Positions 41,975 to 59,366 of a stretch of 59,366 bases of DNA are shown in pieces. The notes under the pieces were generated by a model. It was not told where the DNA came from. It saw only the letters and a program-made list of their open reading frames with translations, and ran no database searches. The position numbers and the translations under genes are program-made. Each line of letters begins with the position of its first letter. Position 1 is the stretch's first letter. Source of the DNA: Fonticula alba ATCC 38817 (Eukaryota; Protista; Nucleariida); NCBI GenBank assembly GCA_000388065.2, contig KB932205.1; one strand, 5' to 3'.

Positions 41975-44900
41975 ATGACAGCCAGTGTTGACGCTTCTGG
42001 CTCCGCGTCGCCCGGCTCGGTGGGGGGTCTCTCGTCCCCCGGCTCGGCCGACCCGGCCAAGCACCCGGCCATCCCGCTGGAGCCGCTGGCCCAGCAGCAT
42101 GCGGCACCGGCCGACAAACCGGCCGACCCGCCGGCCGACAAACCGGCCGACCCGCCGGCCGATCCGCCGGCCGATCCGCCGGCCGACCGGTCGCAGCCCG
42201 CGCCCCGGCCCATCCATGTGTGGCACCTGTTTCGGTACGCCAGCCGAATGGAGCTGGCGCTGATCGCGGCCGGCACCCTGGCGGCGGCCATGCACGGGGC
42301 CCTGCAGCCCCTGTTCACCATCGTCATGGGGGACATTGTCAATGCCTTTGGCGACCCGAATGCCGACCTGGCCGGGGCCGTGGCCGGGAGCGCCGTGTGG
42401 TTCGTGGTCTTCGGGCTCATCTGCCTGGCCACGGCCTACATCCAGGCGGCCACCTTCATGTATACCTCGCACCGGCAGGCCACCCGCATCCGGGAGCTGT
42501 ACTTCCACTCGCTCCTGCGCCAGGAGGCCGGCTGGTTTGACACCCAGCAGCAGGGGTCGGTCACGTCGCGCATCAGCTCCGACATCTTCCTCATGCAGGA
42601 CGCCATCTCCGAGAAGTTCGGCGTCATGGTGCAGCACATCGCCCTCTTCGTGTCGGGGTTTGTCATTGCCTTTGTCCACTCGTGGCGCATGACGCTGGTG
42701 GTGGCCTCCCTGACGCCGCTGCTGGTCCTGTCCGGGGCCCTGTCCGGCTGGGTGATCAAGAACTTCGCGGCCGAGGGCCAGCGGGCGTACGCCGCCGCCG
42801 GGGCCGTGGCCGAGGAGGTCTTCGGGGCCATGCGCACGGTGGCCGCCTTCGGCGGGGAAACCCGCGAGATGGGCCGCTACGCGCGTGCCCTGGTCCCGGC
42901 GCTGCGGAGCGGCGAGCGCAAGGGCCACGCCAATGGCCTGGGCATCGGCTTCATCTACTTCGTCAATTACTGCTCCTATGGCTTTGCCTTTTGGTATGGC
43001 TCGACGCAGGTGAATGGCGCCCGCATGGACGCCGGCCAGGTGATCATCGTCTTCTTCGCCGTGATGATGGCCTCCACGGCCATCGGCCAGGCCAGCCCCA
43101 GCCTGACCAGCCTGGCGCAGGGGCTCGGCGCCGCGCGCGACATCTTCGCCGTGCTGGACCGCCAGCCGGAGATCGACAGCCTCAGCGATGAGGGCCTCAA
43201 GCCGGACACCGTCACCGGCGACCTGGCATTCCACGATGTCCACTTCACGTATCCCAGCCGGCCGGACAGCCAGGTCCTCAGGGGGCTGAGCTTGAGCGTG
43301 CCGGCCGGCAGCACCGTGGCCCTGGTCGGGCACTCGGGCAGCGGCAAGTCCACGCTGCTGCAGCTGCTCGAGCGCTTTTACGACCCGGTCGCCGGGTCCG
43401 TGACGCTGGATGGCGTGGACGTCCGGGACCTGTCCATCCGCTGGCTGCGCAGGACCCTGGCCCTGGTGCAGCAGGAGCCGGTGCTCTTTGCCGGCTCGGT
43501 GGCCGAGAACATCCGCCTCGGCAAGCCCGACGCCACGGACGCCGAAATCGAGGCCGCCTGCCGGCTGGCCAATGCCCACGACTTCATCAGCAAGCTGCCG
43601 GAGAAGTATGCCTCGCAGGTGGGCGAGCGCGGGGGGCAGCTTTCCGGCGGGCAGAAGCAGCGCATCGCCATCGCCCGGGCCCTGGTGTCCAATCCCAAAA
43701 TCCTGCTGCTGGATGAGGCCACCTCGGCGCTGGACAACCGGTCGGAGCGCGTGGTGCAGGACGCCCTGGACAAGGCGGCCAAGGGCCGGACCACCATCGT
43801 CATTGCCCACCGGCTGTCGACCGTTCGCCATGCGGACTTGATTGTCGTCGTGGACAAGGGCGCCATCCTGGAGCGCGGCACCCACGACGAGCTGATGGCC
43901 ACCGGCGGCCTGTACTCGCAGCTGGTCGAGCACCAGAGCCTGGCCGAGACGTCGGCCAACGCCCCGTCGGGCGCCGCCCCGAGCGGCCCGCATGCCGGCG
44001 ACCAGGCCGACGACCACGACGACGACGACGACGACGACGAGGACCCGGATGCCGTGAAGCCCGCCGACTTGGCGGCCCTGCCGGCCGAGGCCCGCGACTC
44101 CCTGGCCGGGGACGATGTGCCGANNNNNNNNNNNNNNNNNNNNNNNNNNNNNNNNNNNNNNNNNNNNNNNNNNNNNNNNNNNNNNNNNNNNNNNNNNNNN
44201 NNNNNNNNNNNNNNNNNNNNNNNNNNNNNNNNNNNNNNNNNNNNNNNNNNNNNNNNNNNNNNNNNNNNNNNNNNNNNNNNNNNNNNNNNNNNNNNNNNNN
44301 NNNNNNNNNNNNNNNNNNNNNNNNNNNNNNNNNNNNNNNNNNNNNNNNNNNNNNNNNNNNNNNNNNNNNNNNNNNNNNNNNNNNNNNNNNNNNNNNNNNN
44401 NNNNNNNNNNNNNNNNNNNNNNNNNNNNNNNNNNNNNNNNNNNNNNNNNNNNNNNNNNNNNCCCCCCCCGCGATAGTACAAGTACCGCAACAGCCCGGTC
44501 ATCCGGGCCTACATGCAATCCATCGGCGACTGGTACTACATTGTGATGGCGGTCATCGGGGCCGTGCTCTTCGGGGCCATCTATGCGCTGTATGCCTTCC
44601 TGACGGCGGAGATGATCGACGCGCTGAATGTCAAGCGTGGCGATGACCTCCGCCAGGCGGCCCTCCTTTGGGGCCTGGTGTTCCTGGGGCTCGGGGTCTA
44701 CTCGGTGGCGGCCAACTACCTGATGAGTGTCGGGCAATTTGTCACGGCCGAGCGGCTGACCGACCGCATGCGCAAGCTGGCCTTCCAGGCCATTGTTCGC
44801 CAGGAGCCGGCCTGGTTCGACCGGCCGGAGAATGCCACCGGCAGCCTGGCCGCGCGGCTGTCCACCGACGCCAGCAACATCCAGGGCGGCACGGCCATCC

Positions 44901-46404
44901 GGCTGACCACCATGGTGGTCACCTCGACCACCATCCTGGCCAGCCTGATCCTGGCCACGGTTTCCTGCTGGCGGCTGGGCCTGGTGGCCATGGTGTGCGC
45001 GCCGCTGTCACTCCTCGGCGGGTATCTGTCCATCATGGCCACGGTTGGGTTCAATGAGAAGAACCGCCGTGCCTTCGAGCAGAGCGGCAACTACGCGGTC
45101 GAGTGTATTACCAGCATCCGCACGGTGATGGCCCTCAACCGGCAGGAGGCCTTCGCCAGCAAGTTCTCCCAGGCCCTCCAAGCCCCGATGCGCACGTGCT
45201 TGAGGAGCTCCCAGGTGCGCACACATGCCCCCGGCTTCGGGGAGCCCGACAGGGGCGGGGGGAAGCGTCGGCTGCCGGCGTGCCGCCGCCTCGGCTGGCT
45301 GATACTGACACTCGGCCCCCTGGCGGGGATCCTCCTCCCCTCCCTGCGGATGGCTTGCCGGCCGGCGTGCTGCAGCTCATCGGCGTGGGCTTCGGCATGG
45401 TGGACACCATCTTCTACTTTGTCTTTGCCCTGACCTTCTGGTATGGCGCGCGCAATGTGGAGGCCGGGTTCTGCACCTTTTCGCAGATCATCCGCGGGGT
45501 GTTTGCCGTGGTCTTCGGCGCCACCACGGCCGGGCAGATTGCCGCCCTCGCGCCGGATTACGCCCGCGCGCGCGAGTCCATCATCGCCCTCTTCCGGCTG
45601 ATCGACCGGCCGCTGGTGATTGACCCGCTGGCCGGGGCCGACCATGCGTCCTGCTGCCGGCCCATCACCGATGGCCGGGTGGAGTTCCGCGATGTGCACT
45701 TCGCGTATCCCGGCCGGCCGCGCGAGGCCGTCCTCCGGGGGGTCAGCTTCACGGCCGAGCCCGGCCAGACGGTGGCCCTGGTCGGGGCCTCGGGCTGCGG
45801 CAAGTCCACCCTCATCCAGCTGCTGGAGCGCTTTTACGACCCGACCAGCGGGCAGGTTTTGGTCGATGGGAATGACGTGCGCGATGTCCTGGTCGACCGC
45901 CTGCGCCAGGGCATCGGCCTGGTGCAGCAGGAGCCGGTGCTCTTTGCCGGGACCATCCGCGAGAATATCCGCTACGGCCGGCCGGACTGCACGGACGAGG
46001 ACATCATCGCCGCGGCCGAGGCGGCCAATGCCCACTCCTTCGTCCAGGCGCTTGACGGTGGCTACGACACGGATGTCGGCTCCCGTGGGAGCCAGCTTTC
46101 CGGCGGCCAGAAGCAGCGTGTGGCCATTGCCCGGGCAATTGTCCGCCAGCCGGCCATCCTGCTGCTGGATGAGGCCACCTCGGCCCTGGACTCCGAGTCG
46201 GAGGCCATCGTGCAGGAGGCCCTGGACCGGGCATCCAAGGGCCGGACCACCATCGTCATTGCCCACCGGCTGTCGACCATCCGTCACGCGGACAAGATTG
46301 TTGTCATCGACCAGGGCCGCGTCGCTCAGCAGGGCACCCACGACGAGCTGATGGCCACCGGCGGCCTGTACTCGCAGCTGGTCAACCAGCAGCTGGCCGA
46401 ATGA
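41975..46404 (+). CDS. ABC transporter subfamily B full transporter (MDR/P-glycoprotein-like; TMD-NBD-TMD-NBD)
   Basis: NBD1 has [32 protein letters not shown] and AHRLST. NBD2 has [22 protein letters not shown] and [10 protein letters not shown]. Linker interrupted by the N gap 44124-44461, with a probable acceptor at 44476. Phase-0 intron 45215-45375. Confidence 0.95.
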
Positions 46405-46477
46405 GAGCACTCTGTTCGCCGAGTCGAAAAGGGAAATCCACCGTCTTCTTCGTGTATTTTGTTCCTTTTCTTGGAGA

Positions 46478-46626
46478 GAGGGAGAAGGAGGGGGAGGATG
46501 AGAAAGAGGGGGAGAATGAGAAAGAGGGGGAGAATGAGAAAGAGGGGGAGAAGGAGAAAGAGGGGGAGAAGGAGAAGGAGGATGAGAAGGAGAAGGAGAA
46601 GGGGGGGGAGGATGAGAAAGAGGGGC
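46478..46626. repeat. Polypurine 18-bp-unit repeat (GAGAAAGAGGGGGAGAAK)
   Basis: Direct reading. Lies between the ABCB stop codon and tRNA-Lys. Confidence 0.85.
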
Positions 46627-46794
46627 AGAGATGGGCGGGGGCCCTCCTCGGAAGGATCTCGTCGCGCGCACATGCCCCCCCTGGTGCGGCCGCAGGGGGG
46701 AAGGTGGAGGAGTCGAGGGCGGGGAGAGGAGGCCCCCCCTTCCCCCCACCGGGCATTCCCCGCTTCTCCCCGGCGAGAGGCAAAAAGATAGACA

Positions 46795-46867
46795 AGCCCA
46801 CTGTGGGGCTCGAACCCACGACCCTGGGATTAAGAGTCCCATGCTCTACCAACTGAGCTAAACAGGC
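46795..46867 (-). tRNA. tRNA-Lys(CTT)
   Basis: Reverse complement GCCTGTT...AGTGGGC-T with anticodon arm TGGGA-CTCTTAA-TCCCA and T-loop TTCGAGC. Confidence 0.94.
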
Positions 46868-47007
46868 TTGACATCATGGGATCCCCTTCGATCATTTGGC
46901 CGGGAGGATTTTCCGCAGCCGGCGCCGCCGCGCCCCCTCACATGTGCAAAGCCTCCGCCGTCGGCCGAAAAATCCCGTCCCGTGGCACCGGCCAAAAAAG
47001 TAATGTG

Positions 47008-47086
47008 TGATTGGAGTGGGACTCGAACCCACGAGGTTTCCCACTAGTACCTGAAACTAGCGCCTTAACCACTCGGCCATCCAACC
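47008..47086 (-). tRNA. tRNA-Leu(CAG)
   Basis: Reverse complement GGTTGGA...TCCAATC-A with anticodon arm CTAGT-TTCAGGT-ACTAG and a short variable hairpin GG-GAAA-CC. T6 terminator downstream. Confidence 0.95.
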
Positions 47087-47597
47087 TACTCAGATGAAGG
47101 GGACCGCCCGGGCCGGATTTATGATTCCTCGGTTTTCCGGGCCCGGGTGCACCCCCGACAAGGGCCCACCCTCGGTGGCTGGGTGCATGTGGAGACCTGG
47201 GCAGGAGAGGGCTCGCCGGCGAGTGCACACACACACACACACACATACATACATACATACAACCATGCGCGCGGGCTGCAACCTGCATGGGGTGCGCGTC
47301 TCTCGGGACAGCACGCATGCCCGTTCCCGGCCGTCTGCATGCCCGCGCGCGCACACGCGCGCGCCTGGGTCTGTTTGCGCGAGCATGCATGCGTCCATGG
47401 GTGTGAGGGCCCGCGCGCCGGCATGCGGCTGGGTGACGGGAAAACTGGCTGCCTGGGCGGGCGCAGGGGCCACATGTGCGGGCGTGTAGGCGTGTGTATT
47501 CATCGCGAGGGGATTCAAGGACAAGATGCATGCGTGTCGGCCATGGCCGAGGTGGTGCGCCTCTGGGCGCGCGCATGTTGTAAGGGAAAGCCACATG

Positions 47598-58270
<10,673 letters not shown>

Positions 58271-58467
58271 TTATCACTGGCCCAGGGGAATGCGCGGCCG
58301 GGGCGGGGGACTGGAGGCGGGTCGGCTGTTCACCGGACCCAGCCGTGGGAGGAGAAAGGGAAGGGGAGGGGGAAACTGAGTCGCAGGGTGCGCTCTCAGC
58401 AGGGGAGACAGGGCTGACAAATCGCGCCCGTCCTGGAAGGGGGGAAACTGGAGGGGGGGGGGGGCGG

Positions 58468-58514
<47 letters not shown>

Positions 58515-59096
58515 AGGGGTTGAGGTGGGGTGCCGGCGGGGCGCGCGGCGTCCCGAGATGCTGAGAACTAACTCTTGACCCGGCGGGCGATCCCGGCCAC
58601 TCTGTCGGAGATGATCGATCACCGCACCCCGTGCGGCGCTCTCTAGGACTTCGGGTCTCCTCCAGGGGGGTGGGGGGGGGGCGCAGAGTGACCCGGGGAA
58701 GGGGCGGCAGAAACTAACGCCGGCCCGGATACGCCCGCGCTCGTACACCCACGTACACCTGTTTGTGCCGGGGGGGCCCCCCCCCCAGGGTGGGCTTGTG
58801 CCCGATCCCCCAGGTGAAGTCCAGACCGGCCGTTGGGACCAGCCGCAGCTCGTTTTTCGCCCAGCCCCCCCCCCCCTGCCCCGCGGTCCGGGACATTCGG
58901 AAAAGTAACGGGGCGCCTTTGCGCGAGCGTCCCGGCGCGCGCGCGCGCGCGCCCGCCCGCCCGCCCGCCCGCCCGCCCGGACAAGGAGCCGGCCGCCCGG
59001 GCCCGAACAAGGTCGGAAATAACGCCCAATTGCCTGGGCTGGGCAGGACCTGGCGGAATTTAGAATAGGCCTTTTTTATTTTTCCATTTCACGCAC

Positions 59097-59253
59097 CCCG
59101 CCGGTTCTCCACCAGCCGGAGCCAGGAGACAGGGAGCAAATCGGGGCGAGAGGGGCGGACCGTGCGCCATTTGGACATGATGTCCTTGAAGGCGGTCGGA
59201 TCGTTGGCAGCTGGCGCCCGGAGCTTGGTGCAGCCCGGGCGCCGAGTCACGCG
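59097..59253 (-). CDS. Possible upstream exon of the BRWD-like gene
   Basis: AAACAG|...AFKDIMSKWRTVRPSRPDLLPVSWLRLVENRRG|GTGCGT. Only weak resemblance to the family N-terminus, and linking exons were not resolved. Confidence 0.35.
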
Positions 59254-59366
59254 CTGTTTCCTCCTCCCACTCGCCGCCGCTGCCGTTGCCGCTGCCACCG
59301 CCGCCGCCGCCCCCTGGTACGGCCTGCTCGCGGCGCGGCGCGGCGCAGCGGGGCCATTCCCCGGGG

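Overview
GC-rich eukaryotic genomic window from a draft assembly with five N-gaps. The lineage is inferred, not verified: the style resembles a Fonticula-like amoeboid opisthokont. The six-frame ORF track is mostly GC-driven noise, so I rebuilt the genes by hand from splice signals. The left half is a cluster of four related type-I membrane receptors with furin-like/CxxC cysteine-repeat ectodomains. Gene A (partial, 1-279) appears to stop right after the juxtamembrane motif with no kinase. Genes B (7504-12461) and C (15045-23862) are RD-type TKL receptor kinases that share recently homogenised tracts. Gene D (minus, 29875-24109) is a non-RD (HCD) kinase with a 13-nt micro-exon. These are followed by a two-TM protein with PPxY motifs, a six-tRNA cluster that includes a probable Gly-Thr dicistron, an ABCB/MDR full transporter downstream of clustered ATTGCGCAAT palindromes, and a large BRWD1/PHIP-like WD40-bromodomain gene. 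There are 12 tRNA genes in total, plus a 556-bp LTR-like island 34 bp upstream of a tRNA-Arg. Two regions are assembly artefacts: an Illumina adapter-flanked fragment at 38.8-39.2 kb and a probable false 572-bp duplication near 50 kb.
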